Source of the DNA: Trueperaceae bacterium
GTDB taxonomy: Bacteria > Deinococcota > Deinococci > Deinococcales > Trueperaceae
Assembly (NCBI GenBank): GCA_034520945.1
Contig: JAXHNB010000002.1
Coordinates: forward strand, 256,001 to 320,000
Reading direction: 5' to 3'
DNA: 64,000 bases
Position numbers and translations under genes: made by a program. Below the pieces are notes generated by a model that saw only the letters and a program-made list of their open reading frames with translations, ran no database searches and was not told the DNA's origin. Of this stretch, positions 38,759-48,334 are shown piece after piece (the first letter of the stretch is position 1; every line of letters begins with the position of its first letter).

Positions 38759-39226
38759 ATGGCACGGGAAGTGCGCGTGACCCAACAAGGCTACGAACGG
38801 CTCCAGAAAAGCCTGGAGCAGGAGCGCGGGCGGCTCGAGGAAGCCACCCGCATTCTGCGCGAGTTGTCGGGGACGTCGGACGACTACGACGACACCGGCC
38901 TGGAGGAGGCTAAGCGCGAGAAGGCCGTGATCGAAGAGCGCCTCGACGACCTCGAGGACCAGTTGTCGCGCGCGGTGGTGATCGAGGCGAAGGACGCCGA
39001 CCACGTCGATCTCGGCACGGTCGTCGAGTTGAAGGACGAGGACGGCGAGACCTTCGCGGTGCAGGTCGTGGCCCCGGTCGAGGCGGGGGTGCTGGAGGGC
39101 GAGGTGCCGAGCATCAGCGACCAGTCCCCGATGGGCAAGGCGTTGATGGGACGCAAGCCCGGCGACGAGGTCGAGGTGGTGACGGGCCAACGCGCGGCGC
39201 GCTACAAGGTCCTGTCGATCGGGTGA
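38759..39226 (+). CDS. gfh1: Gre-family anti-cleavage factor Gfh1
   Basis: MAREVRVTQQGYERL...SDDYDDTGLEEAK; the DDYDD tip is characteristic of Thermus/Deinococcus Gfh1; ISDQSPMGKAL. Confidence 0.8.
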   Translation: MAREVRVTQQGYERLQKSLEQERGRLEEATRILRELSGTSDDYDDTGLEEAKREKAVIEERLDDLEDQLSRAVVIEAKDADHVDLGTVVELKDEDGETFAVQVVAPVEAGVLEGEVPSISDQSPMGKALMGRKPGDEVEVVTGQRAARYKVLSIG

Positions 39227-39269
39227 CGCGCGCCGGCCCGACCGGCCTCGAACCGATATCCTGAGCGCC

Positions 39270-40760
39270 ATGTCGCAGTCGTCGCTCGAGGAACAACGCC
39301 AGCAACGGCTCCGCAATCTGGACGCGCTCGTCCAGCGGGGCTTCGACGCGTACCCCTACGGGTTTCGCGCCACCCACCGGGCGGCCGAACTGCACGAGGC
39401 GCATCCCGACCCGACCCCGGGCGAGGCCTGGTCGGACGAGGTGGCGAGCGTCGCCGGTCGCGTCATGACCGTGCGGCGCATGGGCAAGGTGAGCTTCGCC
39501 ACTTTGCAGGACGCCAGCGGGCGGATCCAGGCCTACTTCCGCAGGGACGCGCTGGAGGATTATGGCGCGCTGAAGAAGATCGACCTGGGCGATTGGCTCG
39601 AGGTGCGCGGCACGCCGTTCGTCACCAAGACCGGCGAGTTGACCCTCGACGTGGCGGCGTTCCGCCCGCTGGTCAAGAGCCTTAGGCCGCTGCCCGACAA
39701 GTTCCACGGCTTGACCGACAAGGAGCGGCGCTACCGCGACCGTCACCTCGACCTGATGCTGGACCCGTCCGTGCGGCGCACCTTCGAGCTGCGCAGCCGC
39801 ATGGTGTCGGGGATGCGCCGCTACCTGGACGCACGCGGCTTCCTCGAGGTCGAGACCCCCGTGCTTCAGGCGCTGCCGGGCGGGGCCGAGGCGCGTCCGT
39901 TCGTGACCCACCACCGGGCATTGGATCACGACTTCTACCTCCGCATCAGCCTGGAGCTGTACCTCAAGCGGCTGATCATCGGCGGGTTCGACGCCGTGTA
40001 CGAGATCGGGCGCAACTTCCGTAACGAGGGGATCAGCCACAAGCACAACCCCGAGTACACGATGATGGAACTGTACTGGGCCGGCCGTGACTACCTGGAC
40101 GTGCTGGCGCTGGTCGAGGACATGTACGCCACGCTGGTCCGCGAGGCGACCGGCGGAACGGTCCTCACCTGGCAGGGCACGGAGCTGGACTTCACGCCGC
40201 CGTGGCCGCGCGTGGACTACACCGGGGAGCTGCGGGCGCGCAGCGGCATGGACGTCGACCCGCTGGACGAGGACGCCGTGCGGGCCTGGGTCGCGGCGCA
40301 CCATCCCGCCGCGGACGAGGGCGAGGGGCCGCTGGCGGAGCGGCCCCTCGCCGACATCTACGACAAGCTGTACGACGCGTACGTCGAACCGCACCTGGTC
40401 GGCCCGACCTTCGTGATGGATCACCCGCAGGCGATCAGTCCGTTGGCGAAGGCGCACCGCGACCGGCCTGGCCTGGTGGAGCGCTTCGAGCCGGTCGCGG
40501 TGGGCATGGAGCTGGGCAACGCGTTCAGCGAGCTCAACGACCCGGTCGAGCAGCGCAGGCGCTTCGAGGCGCAGGCCGGCCTGCGCGGCGAGGGGGACGA
40601 GGAGGCGCAACGCCTCGACGAGGCGTTCCTGGCTGCGCTGGAGTACGGCATGCCACCTACAGGCGGCCTGGGGTTGGGGATCGACCGCTTCGCGATGCTG
40701 CTGGCGGACGTGCCCAGCATTCGCGACGTGATCCTGTTCCCGTTGCTGCGCCCGTCGTAG
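39270..40760 (+). CDS. lysS: Lysyl-tRNA synthetase, class II
   Basis: LPDKFHGL, YLRISLELYLKRL, FRNEGISHKHNPEYT, YGMPPTGGLGLGIDR. Confidence 0.97.
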   Translation: MSQSSLEEQRQQRLRNLDALVQRGFDAYPYGFRATHRAAELHEAHPDPTPGEAWSDEVASVAGRVMTVRRMGKVSFATLQDASGRIQAYFRRDALEDYGALKKIDLGDWLEVRGTPFVTKTGELTLDVAAFRPLVKSLRPLPDKFHGLTDKERRYRDRHLDLMLDPSVRRTFELRSRMVSGMRRYLDARGFLEVETPVLQALPGGAEARPFVTHHRALDHDFYLRISLELYLKRLIIGGFDAVYEIGRNFRNEGISHKHNPEYTMMELYWAGRDYLDVLALVEDMYATLVREATGGTVLTWQGTELDFTPPWPRVDYTGELRARSGMDVDPLDEDAVRAWVAAHHPAADEGEGPLAERPLADIYDKLYDAYVEPHLVGPTFVMDHPQAISPLAKAHRDRPGLVERFEPVAVGMELGNAFSELNDPVEQRRRFEAQAGLRGEGDEEAQRLDEAFLAALEYGMPPTGGLGLGIDRFAMLLADVPSIRDVILFPLLRPS

Positions 40761-40775
40761 GCGGCCCCGAGAGGC

Positions 40776-41138
40776 TCAGGCCGGCGCCCGTTCGACCGGC
40801 GTCAACGCCTCGGCGTCCTCCTCGCCGGTCCGAATCCGGATGACGCGTTCGAGCGTTTGGACGAAAATCTTGCCGTCGCCGACGTCGCCGGTCTTGGCCG
40901 CGCGAACCACGGCGTCCAGGGCGGGCTGCACGTAGGCGTCGGTGACCGCGATTTCGATGCGGACCTTCTTGCGGAACTCGACCACGTAGGGACTGCCGCG
41001 ATAGGTGTCGCGCACGCCGCCCTGTCCGCCGTGACCGGCGGCGTGCGTCAGGGTGATGCCGCGAATGCCGGCGGAGAACAGCGCCTCCTTGACGGCCTGC
41101 AGGCGTTCGGGTCGGACGATGGCGATGATCAGCTTCAT
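40776..41138 (-). CDS. glnK: P-II nitrogen regulatory protein
   Basis: MKLIIAIVRP, YRGSPY T-loop, TGDVGDGKIFV, IRIRTGE; downstream of amtB. Confidence 0.9.
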   Translation of the reverse strand: MKLIIAIVRPERLQAVKEALFSAGIRGITLTHAAGHGGQGGVRDTYRGSPYVVEFRKKVRIEIAVTDAYVQPALDAVVRAAKTGDVGDGKIFVQTLERVIRIRTGEEDAEALTPVERAPA

Positions 41139-41148
41139 GGCTTTCTCC

Positions 41149-42426
41149 TCAATTCCCCGTCGAAGCCACGACGGGATCGTGCAGGGTGTCGTGCGCCTGA
41201 TAGGCGGGGCCGCCGTGCTCGGCGATGTCGAGGCCGCGGACCTCCTCGGCGGGGCTGACGCGTAGGCCGAGCGTGGCCTTCAGGATCATGAATACGACGT
41301 AGCCGGCCACCAGTGCGCCGAGCGCGTAGGAGAACGCGCCGAGCAACTGGATGGGAATCGAGGCGCCGCCGAACACCCCGACCGCGACGGTGCCCCAGAT
41401 GCCCGCCACGCCGTGCACGCTGATCGCGCCGACGGGGTCGTCCACCTGCAGGCGGTCCAGGCCGATCACGCTGGCGACCACGATGACGCCGCCGATGGCG
41501 CCGGCGGCCACGGCCGCCAGGCCGACCACGACGTCCGGCCCCGCGGTGATCGACACCAGCCCGCCCAGCACGCCGTTAATGGTCATCGACACGTCGGGCT
41601 TGCCGAACGCGGCCCAACTGACCGCCATGGCCGCCACGCCGCCCGCCGCGGCCGCGAGGTTGGTGTTGAGGAACACGTTGGCGATGGCCTCCGCGTCCGC
41701 CTGCGTCGAGAACGCCAACTGCGAGCCGCCGTTGAAGCCGAACCAGCCGATCCAGAGGAGGAACATGCCCAGGCCGGCGTAGGCCAGGTTGTGGCCGGGA
41801 ATGGCCTGGGGCCGGCCGTGCAGATAGCGGCCCAGGCGCGGCCCGATCGCCAGGACCGCCCCCAGGGCCGCGAAGCCGCCGACGGCGTGCACGACGGAAC
41901 TCCCGGCGAAGTCGGCGAACCCCAACTCCGACAACCATCCACCGCCCCATTGCCAGGCGCCCATGAAGGGATAGATGAAGCCGGTCATCACCACCGAGAA
42001 GATCAGGTAGGCGGGAAAGCGCATGCGCCCCCCCACGGCGCCGGACACGATGGTGGCGGCGGTGGCGGCGAACACCATCTGGAAGAAGAAGTCCGCCTGG
42101 CTGGGGACGTTCATGCCGGTGACGTACTCGGCGAGGAACAGGCCGCCCCCGTACATGATCGTAAAGCCGACGGCCCAGTAGGCCAGGCCGGCCACGGCGA
42201 AGTCGGCGATGTTCTTCATGAAGATGTTGACGACGTTCTTGCTTTCGTGCAGCCCCGCCTCCAGCAACGCGAAGCCGGGCTGCATGAGGATCACGAGCAG
42301 GGCGCACACCAGGAGCGCGAAGGTGTCGAGCGCGAAGGCGACGTCCGCGACGCCTTCTTCTTGGGCGTAGGCGAGCGACGAGGCGAGGAATGCGGCCGAT
42401 AGGAACACGAGCCGGCAAATGTGCAC
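41149..42426 (-). CDS. amtB: Ammonium transporter
   Basis: FQMVFAATAATIVSGA, DFAGSSVVH, GWFGFNGGS, DDPVGAISVHG; AAGGAGGT RBS. Confidence 0.95.
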   Translation of the reverse strand: MHICRLVFLSAAFLASSLAYAQEEGVADVAFALDTFALLVCALLVILMQPGFALLEAGLHESKNVVNIFMKNIADFAVAGLAYWAVGFTIMYGGGLFLAEYVTGMNVPSQADFFFQMVFAATAATIVSGAVGGRMRFPAYLIFSVVMTGFIYPFMGAWQWGGGWLSELGFADFAGSSVVHAVGGFAALGAVLAIGPRLGRYLHGRPQAIPGHNLAYAGLGMFLLWIGWFGFNGGSQLAFSTQADAEAIANVFLNTNLAAAAGGVAAMAVSWAAFGKPDVSMTINGVLGGLVSITAGPDVVVGLAAVAAGAIGGVIVVASVIGLDRLQVDDPVGAISVHGVAGIWGTVAVGVFGGASIPIQLLGAFSYALGALVAGYVVFMILKATLGLRVSPAEEVRGLDIAEHGGPAYQAHDTLHDPVVASTGN

Positions 42427-42480
42427 GGTGGGACCTCCTTGGGGAGACGCCGCGGCGGGATCTCCGCGACGATGCGCCAC

Positions 42481-42530
42481 ACTTTAGAGGCGATCGTGCA
42501 AGCTGTCAACTGAGAAGCGTTCAGATGACA
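42481..42530 (-). promoter_or_regulatory. amtB-glnK promoter with an overlapping palindrome
   Basis: Minus strand: TTGACA (42509-42504), 17-nt spacer, TAAAGT (42486-42481); inverted repeat TGTCA-A-CTGA-N7-TCAG-A-TGACA at 42504-42530. Confidence 0.7.
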
Positions 42531-42680
42531 CAGAAAAAGCATACGATCTGCATGAGAAGGCGCTTCATCGCGCAACGTGGTCAACAATAACCGGTCCAGT
42601 GACGTAGATTGCGATAACGCCACGAAACGAGCGCGGCCCGTGGGGACCGCGCCTCGCGTCGCCTGCTTCCGTTGGGACGC

Positions 42681-43751
42681 TCAGGTGTCCGCCAGCACCA
42701 ACCGTCCGTAGTCGCCGATCACCAGGGCGTGCGAGCGCGGGCGCGTCTCGTTCCCCTCCACGACGACGGAGGCGCCGATCAGGCTGGAGGCGATCCGGCC
42801 GTGCACGGCACGGACCGACGCACTCGGCCCCAACACGGCGTACTCGAGCTCGGCGTCGCGGACGGAGGACCCGTCCCCGAGCGTGGTGAACGGGCCGATG
42901 TAGGCGTCCTCGACCACGCACCCCGCACCGATCAGGGCGGGGCCCACGACGGTGCTGCGGCGCACTGTCGCGCCGGCCTCGACCACGACCTCGCCGAGCA
43001 GTCGGCTCTCATTCACGTCGCCGTCGATCCTCCGACGGCTTCTCGACAGAATCAGGCGGTTGGCGTCGAGGATGTCGTCGGGCTTGCCGGTGTCCTTCCA
43101 CCACCCTTCGAGCTGGACCGGCGCGACCTTCAGGTCGCGGCGAATCAGGCGGTGGATCGCATCGGTGATCTGGTACTCGCCCTTGGCGCCGGGCTCGAGC
43201 CCGTCGAGGGCGTCGTGGATGGTGGCATCGAAGACGTACACACCCGCAACGGCCAGGTTGGACGGCGGGTGCTCGGGCTTCTCCACCAGGTCCGTGATGC
43301 GGCCGTCCTCGACCTTCGCCACGCCGAACGCGCGCGGGTCGTCCACCGCCACCAGCGCCAGAACCGCGTTGACGCCTTCCTCGGGACGGAACGCCTCCAC
43401 GAACGGTCGGATGCCGTGCTCGAACAGGTTGTCGGACAGGTACATCACGAACGGTTCATCGGCCAAGAAGTCCCGCGAGACCATGACCGCATGGGCGAGG
43501 CCCTCCGGCGGATCCTGAAGCAGGTAGGTGAACGAGGCGCGATCACTGTACGATTCCAGCGCCTCGCGCAGGGCATCGCGCGTGTCGGGGCTCACCACGA
43601 CGCCGATGTCACGGACGCCTGCGTCCAAGAGATCGTCGACGGCGTAGTGGATGAGGGGCCGATTGGCCACGGCGATGATCGGTTTGGGGCGGAGGCTGGT
43701 GATGGGGCGCAAGCGCGTGCCCAGGCCGGCCGCCAGGATCAGTCCCTTCAT
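42681..43751 (-). CDS. Glucose-1-phosphate thymidylyltransferase, long form
   Basis: ILAAGLGTRLRPIT, EKPEHP, GEYQITDA, WWKDTG; C-terminal hexapeptide repeats. Confidence 0.9.
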   Translation of the reverse strand: MKGLILAAGLGTRLRPITSLRPKPIIAVANRPLIHYAVDDLLDAGVRDIGVVVSPDTRDALREALESYSDRASFTYLLQDPPEGLAHAVMVSRDFLADEPFVMYLSDNLFEHGIRPFVEAFRPEEGVNAVLALVAVDDPRAFGVAKVEDGRITDLVEKPEHPPSNLAVAGVYVFDATIHDALDGLEPGAKGEYQITDAIHRLIRRDLKVAPVQLEGWWKDTGKPDDILDANRLILSRSRRRIDGDVNESRLLGEVVVEAGATVRRSTVVGPALIGAGCVVEDAYIGPFTTLGDGSSVRDAELEYAVLGPSASVRAVHGRIASSLIGASVVVEGNETRPRSHALVIGDYGRLVLADT

Positions 43752-43826
43752 GCTTCACGCTCCTTCGTCGGACGATACCGCACCGCCCCGTCCCGTCCTC
43801 CGGGCACGCGCGGGTATCGTGCCGCC

Positions 43827-44189
43827 ATGAGCGCGCACCGTCACGACATCCATCTCTACGTCGGCATGGACAATGACGGCGTCACCGGCATTCGCTGGGA
43901 GGCCGACGACGCACCCGAGCCCGGCGTTCACGACGCACGCGCCATGCTGTTGGCGTTGTGGGACGCCGACGCCCGCAACGCCATGCGCATCGACCTGTGG
44001 ACGCAGGAGATGACCGTCGAGGACATGAACGACTTCCTGTTCCAGACCCTGCTCACCCTCGGGGACACCTACCAGCGGGCGACGGGGGACAAGGACCTGA
44101 TGGCAGAGATGAAGATGTTCGCCCGCGAGTTCGCCGACAAGGCCTCGGCCCGCGAACGACGGCGACAGGGAGGGGCCGACGCCGGCTGA
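43827..44189 (+). CDS. GldC-like protein
   Basis: W.A.D...ARAMLLALWD...MRIDLWTQEMTVEDMNDFLFQTL...TYQRAT resembles the GldC pattern; TATCGT 6 nt before the ATG. Confidence 0.75.
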   Translation: MSAHRHDIHLYVGMDNDGVTGIRWEADDAPEPGVHDARAMLLALWDADARNAMRIDLWTQEMTVEDMNDFLFQTLLTLGDTYQRATGDKDLMAEMKMFAREFADKASARERRRQGGADAG

Positions 44190-44304
44190 CGCGCCCTGTG
44201 CGCTACGCTCCGAAGGGTGAGGGCCTGGCTCGCATCGCATGCGTTCCGGCGCGTCCCGGCGACGTGGCGTTCGAGGTGATCCTCGCGTCCGGCCGGGGTG
44301 CGGC

Positions 44305-45054
44305 TCAGTACGGGTAGGACCGTGATTCCTCGCCCACCACAAGGTCGGGGACGAGCGCGCGGGCGGCGGGGAGGTCCCGTTCGAGCTGGGCAGCAGGGGG
44401 GAGGTGCACCAGGATCAAGCGGCCGGCGCCGGCGTCCAGGCAGGCGCGCGCGGCCTGGGCGGCGCTGCTGTGCACCGACCCTTCGCCGGTCGCCTCGTGG
44501 ACGAGGAGGTCGCTGGCCCGGGCGAGGGCGACGATGTCCGGCGCGGGCGCCGTATCGCCCGCGTAGGTGGCGACGCGGCCGCTGGCCTCGTCCTCGAAGC
44601 GAAGGCCGACCACCGGCACGGCGTGGCGCCCGGGCGTGGCGCGCACGTGCCAGCCGTGCGCCCGGAGCACGAGTGCGTGTCGTTCGTGCGGCACCTCGTG
44701 CGGCTCCAGGCCGCCGTAGCCGTCGAACCCCGACACGTCGAACGCGTCGTGGACGCGCATCGCCTGCGCCAAGGCCGGCGCGATGCCGTAGACCGGTACG
44801 GGGGCGCGCCGGCCCATCAGCCACAACCGTTCCATCATCAGGGGCAGACCGGCGACGTGGTCGGCGTGCTCGTGGGTCACGATCAGGGCGTCCAGCGCGA
44901 CGGGATCCAGGCCTGCCGCCACCATGCGCGGCACCACGTCCCCACCGCAGTCGACCAAGAGGACCCCGCGGCCGTTGTCGAGGGCCATCATCGTCGCGGT
45001 GCGATGGGGGTCGCTGACCACGGCTCCGGTTCCCAGCAGGTGAAGCGTCGGCAT
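44305..45054 (-). CDS. MBL-fold hydrolase (RNase Z-like)
   Basis: LLGTG, LVDCG, THEHADH, YAGDT, HEAT, HSSA, LVHL. Confidence 0.85.
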   Translation of the reverse strand: MPTLHLLGTGAVVSDPHRTATMMALDNGRGVLLVDCGGDVVPRMVAAGLDPVALDALIVTHEHADHVAGLPLMMERLWLMGRRAPVPVYGIAPALAQAMRVHDAFDVSGFDGYGGLEPHEVPHERHALVLRAHGWHVRATPGRHAVPVVGLRFEDEASGRVATYAGDTAPAPDIVALARASDLLVHEATGEGSVHSSAAQAARACLDAGAGRLILVHLPPAAQLERDLPAARALVPDLVVGEESRSYPY

Positions 45055-45152
45055 CGTCGGTCCCCTCCCGAGGTACGTCGCTATGATAGGCGGCTCGTGG
45101 CGCGCGCCGGCGGCCATGCGTCACGTCGCGGTCGCGGGCCGGCGTGCCGGCC

Positions 45153-45518
45153 TCAGGTGAGACGCGTTCCGTTGGCGACGGGACGCTCCACGGTGGCGAG
45201 GACGACGCCGTCGGGCCCCTCGAAGCCGGTGACCAGGCACTCCGAGGTGAACGGGCCCACCTGGCGCGGTGGGACGTTGACCAACGCCACCACCTGCATG
45301 CCGACGAGGTCCTCGGCCGCGTACAGGTCGGTGATCCGCGCGCTGGAGGCGCGCGTGCCGATCGCGGGCCCGAAGTCGACCCACAGCTTCCAGGCGGGCT
45401 TGCGCGCTTCGGGGAACGGCGCGACCTCCCGGATGGTTCCGACGCGAAGGTCGGTGGCGAAAAAGGTGTCGGTGTCCGTGGTCGGCGCGAGGGGATTGCG
45501 CGTCGGGTCGGAGTGCAT
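45153..45518 (-). CDS. csaA: CsaA-like tRNA-binding/export chaperone
   Basis: DLRVGTI..FPEARKPA..SSARIT..VNVPPRQVGPFTSECL. Confidence 0.88.
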   Translation of the reverse strand: MHSDPTRNPLAPTTDTDTFFATDLRVGTIREVAPFPEARKPAWKLWVDFGPAIGTRASSARITDLYAAEDLVGMQVVALVNVPPRQVGPFTSECLVTGFEGPDGVVLATVERPVANGTRLT

Positions 45519-45644
45519 GCGCCAAGGCTACCGCGTCCAGAATGCACCCGAGTCCGTCCACGGCGGCCTGGTCGCCGTAGGGGCGACCTGGTACCTTGTG
45601 CCGAGTTCGGCGGCGGGCGTCGCCCGCGCCGATCCGGAGGTGCC

Positions 45645-46109
45645 ATGATCGAACCGCAGACGTTCCGAGACGCGCTCGGGCGCTTCGCCACCGGCGTCAC
45701 CGTGGTCACCATGGATCAGCCGGGCGGACCGCGTGGCATCACCGTCAACGCGTTCCTGTCGCTGTCGTTGACGCCACCGCTGGTCGGCATCGCGATCGAC
45801 CGAAGCGCCGGCGCGCACGGAACGCTGCTCGAGGTGCCCGCCTACGGCGTGTCGGTATTGGCGGCGTCCCAACGAGAGCTCTCGGATCGGTACGCGGGCC
45901 GCACCACGGCGGCCGAGGCCACGTTCGGGCGCCTCGGGGCGGTGCCCGTCGTCGAGGGCGCCATCGCGCAACTGGCATGCCGGATCGCGCAACGCCTGCC
46001 GGTCGGCGATCACACCCTGTTCGTCGGCGAGGTAGAGGAGGCCGTCACGAGGGCGGGAACGCCGCTGCTGTACTACCAGGGCCGCTACGGGGTCGACGAC
46101 GCCCCCTGA
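45645..46109 (+). CDS. Flavin reductase-like protein
   Basis: FRDALGRFATGVTVVT, SLSLTPP, GDHTLFVG, PLLYYQGRY. Confidence 0.9.
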   Translation: MIEPQTFRDALGRFATGVTVVTMDQPGGPRGITVNAFLSLSLTPPLVGIAIDRSAGAHGTLLEVPAYGVSVLAASQRELSDRYAGRTTAAEATFGRLGAVPVVEGAIAQLACRIAQRLPVGDHTLFVGEVEEAVTRAGTPLLYYQGRYGVDDAP

Positions 46110-46135
46110 ACGCCCGCACGTTCCGCGGAGCGCGA

Positions 46136-47413
46136 CTACGACACCTGGGGGCGAAGCGCGTCCGGCCGGACGGGCCGTCCCGAGCGCCGCGACGCTTCGG
46201 CGGCGAACGCCATCACGTGGCTGTCGATCGATGCCGATAGCGCCGTCCGTCCGGCCCCGTCACCACGGCGCAGTCGCGTCAGCAGGTCGAACACCAGCGT
46301 GTCGTCCGCGGCGGCGTGACCCAGGGAGGACCCGACGTGCACGACCTCCTCCCGGCCCGCCGCGAAGTCGTGAAGGCGCAGCGTCCCCTGCGCCATGTGA
46401 CCGCGGATCTCCCCGTGCGTACCCATCAGGTGGATGGTTCGGGTGTTCTCCTCGCTGAACGCGGTCACCGTCAGCGTGGCCGTCACGCCGCCCGCGAAGC
46501 GCAGCGAAACCACCTGGTGATCGGGTTGGTCGTTGTCGCCGTGGTACACGCAGCGGCCGTACGGCCCCTCTCGCAGGGCGTCCAGCAGGGCCCCCGGGCC
46601 GCCGCCCGGCGCGACCACGTCGTTGGGCCACCCGGCGTCGCCCCCGAAGCGCTCCAGATAGATCCGGATCGCGGAGTAGGGGCAGCGGCGTTCCACCGCG
46701 CAGCCGCCCAGGCAGCGGTCGGTGGCGCCTTCGGGGGCGTTGCCGGGCCGAAAATGGTGCAGCGCCCCGAGGGAGTGGACCTCTTCGCAGGGTTCGTCCA
46801 CCAGCCAACGAAGCAGGTCCAGGTCGTGGCACGCCTTGGCGAGGATCATGGGGCTGCTCTCGTCCTGGCGGCGCCAGTTTCCGCGCACGTAGGAGTGGGC
46901 GAAGTGCCAGTGGCCGACGTTCTCGACGTGGTCCACGCCCACCAGGTCGCCGATGCGTCCCGCCCGAAGGAGCTCCCGGAGGGTGGCGAAGAACGCGGCG
47001 TGGCGAAGCACGTGTGCCACGGTCACGGTGCCGCTCGACTTTGCGGCGGCGTCCTCGAGCGCCAGCACCTCCGACAAGGTCGGGGCGATGGGCTTTTCCA
47101 GCAACAGGTGGATCCCCCGGGCCAGGGCGGCCTGGGCCGGCGCCACATGCAGCGTGTCCGGCGTCGCCACCACCAGCAGTTCAGGCGGACGGGGCGCGGA
47201 CAGCAGGGCCTCCCAGCCGTCGAAGCGGCCCTCGGGCGGCACCTCGTGTCGCGCCGCCAGCCGTTCGCGCCGGTCTTCGTCGGGATCCGCCACGGCCACG
47301 ATGCGTGCCATGCTGGGACGGCGCGCCAGTGCCTCGGCGTACACGCCGGCCCCACGCTGGCCGGCGCCAACGATGCCGACGCGGAGGGGCGTCTCGTTCA
47401 TCTCTTCGTCCAT
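46136..47413 (-). CDS. Gfo/Idh/MocA-family oxidoreductase
   Basis: GIVGAGQRG, LLEKPI, HFAHSYVRGNW, KACHDLD, YGRCVY. Confidence 0.9.
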   Translation of the reverse strand: MDEEMNETPLRVGIVGAGQRGAGVYAEALARRPSMARIVAVADPDEDRRERLAARHEVPPEGRFDGWEALLSAPRPPELLVVATPDTLHVAPAQAALARGIHLLLEKPIAPTLSEVLALEDAAAKSSGTVTVAHVLRHAAFFATLRELLRAGRIGDLVGVDHVENVGHWHFAHSYVRGNWRRQDESSPMILAKACHDLDLLRWLVDEPCEEVHSLGALHHFRPGNAPEGATDRCLGGCAVERRCPYSAIRIYLERFGGDAGWPNDVVAPGGGPGALLDALREGPYGRCVYHGDNDQPDHQVVSLRFAGGVTATLTVTAFSEENTRTIHLMGTHGEIRGHMAQGTLRLHDFAAGREEVVHVGSSLGHAAADDTLVFDLLTRLRRGDGAGRTALSASIDSHVMAFAAEASRRSGRPVRPDALRPQVS

Positions 47414-47439
47414 GGGCGCCACCTCCTGAACGGCCGTGC

Positions 47440-48279
47440 CTACAGCCCGCGCAGCGTCGCCAGGTCGCGCGCGTGCCCCTCGCCGTCGTCCCCGAGGGGC
47501 GTCTCCAGGATCATGGGCAGATCGTCGAAGCGTTCGTCGTGCACCAAGCGTGCGAAGAAGGCGCGTCCGAGCTCGCCCTCGCCGATGTTGGCGTGGCGGT
47601 CACGGAACGATCCCAGCCCTTGCTGGGCGTCGTTGAGGTGCCACGCGCTCAGGCGCGCGCGGCCCGGCCCGGCGTCCAGCTCGTCCAGCAGTCGGTCCAG
47701 TCCGCCCGCGTCGCGCAGATCGTAGCCGGCCACGAACGCGTGGCAGCTGTCCAGGCAGATCTCCAGCCGGTCTGGCTCGGCCACGCCCTGAACGATGCGG
47801 TCGAGCTCATCGACGCTCAATCCCAGGGTGTTCCCCTGACCGGCCGTGTTCTCCAGCAGCACCTTGGTGCGGACCGACGGGTGCTCCGCGAACACGGCGT
47901 CCAGGCTGCGCGCCACCGCGTCCAGGCCCTCCTCGCGCGTCCGGCCGGTGGCCGACCCGGGGTGAAGGACCAGGCCCGGGACGCCCAGCGCATGGCAGCG
48001 TTCCAACTCGTCCCCCAGCGAAGCGCGGGACTTGGCCAGCACCTCCTCCTTGGGGCTCGCCAGGTTGATCAGATAGCCGGAATGCGCGATCACCGGCATG
48101 CCCGAGGCGTCGCGCGCCTGACGAAACGACTGCGCCTCCTCTTCGGAGCGCGGCTTGTTGCGCCACTGGTTGGGGCTCTTCACGAAGATCTGGAAGGCGT
48201 CGCAGGCCAGGTCGTTGGCCCGTGCCACCGCCTTGGGTGCGCCGCCGGCGACGGACACGTGTGCTCCGAGTCGTCCCAT
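47440..48279 (-). CDS. nfo: Endonuclease IV
   Basis: GAHVSVAGG, HSGYLINL, HPG, ENTAGQG, DSCH, HLND, DRHANIG, ETP. Confidence 0.95.
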   Translation of the reverse strand: MGRLGAHVSVAGGAPKAVARANDLACDAFQIFVKSPNQWRNKPRSEEEAQSFRQARDASGMPVIAHSGYLINLASPKEEVLAKSRASLGDELERCHALGVPGLVLHPGSATGRTREEGLDAVARSLDAVFAEHPSVRTKVLLENTAGQGNTLGLSVDELDRIVQGVAEPDRLEICLDSCHAFVAGYDLRDAGGLDRLLDELDAGPGRARLSAWHLNDAQQGLGSFRDRHANIGEGELGRAFFARLVHDERFDDLPMILETPLGDDGEGHARDLATLRGL

Positions 48280-48334
48280 GAGGCCGAGTGTACCGGGGGC
48301 GAGGGCCGGGAACGCGGGTGGTAGCATCCAGCGC

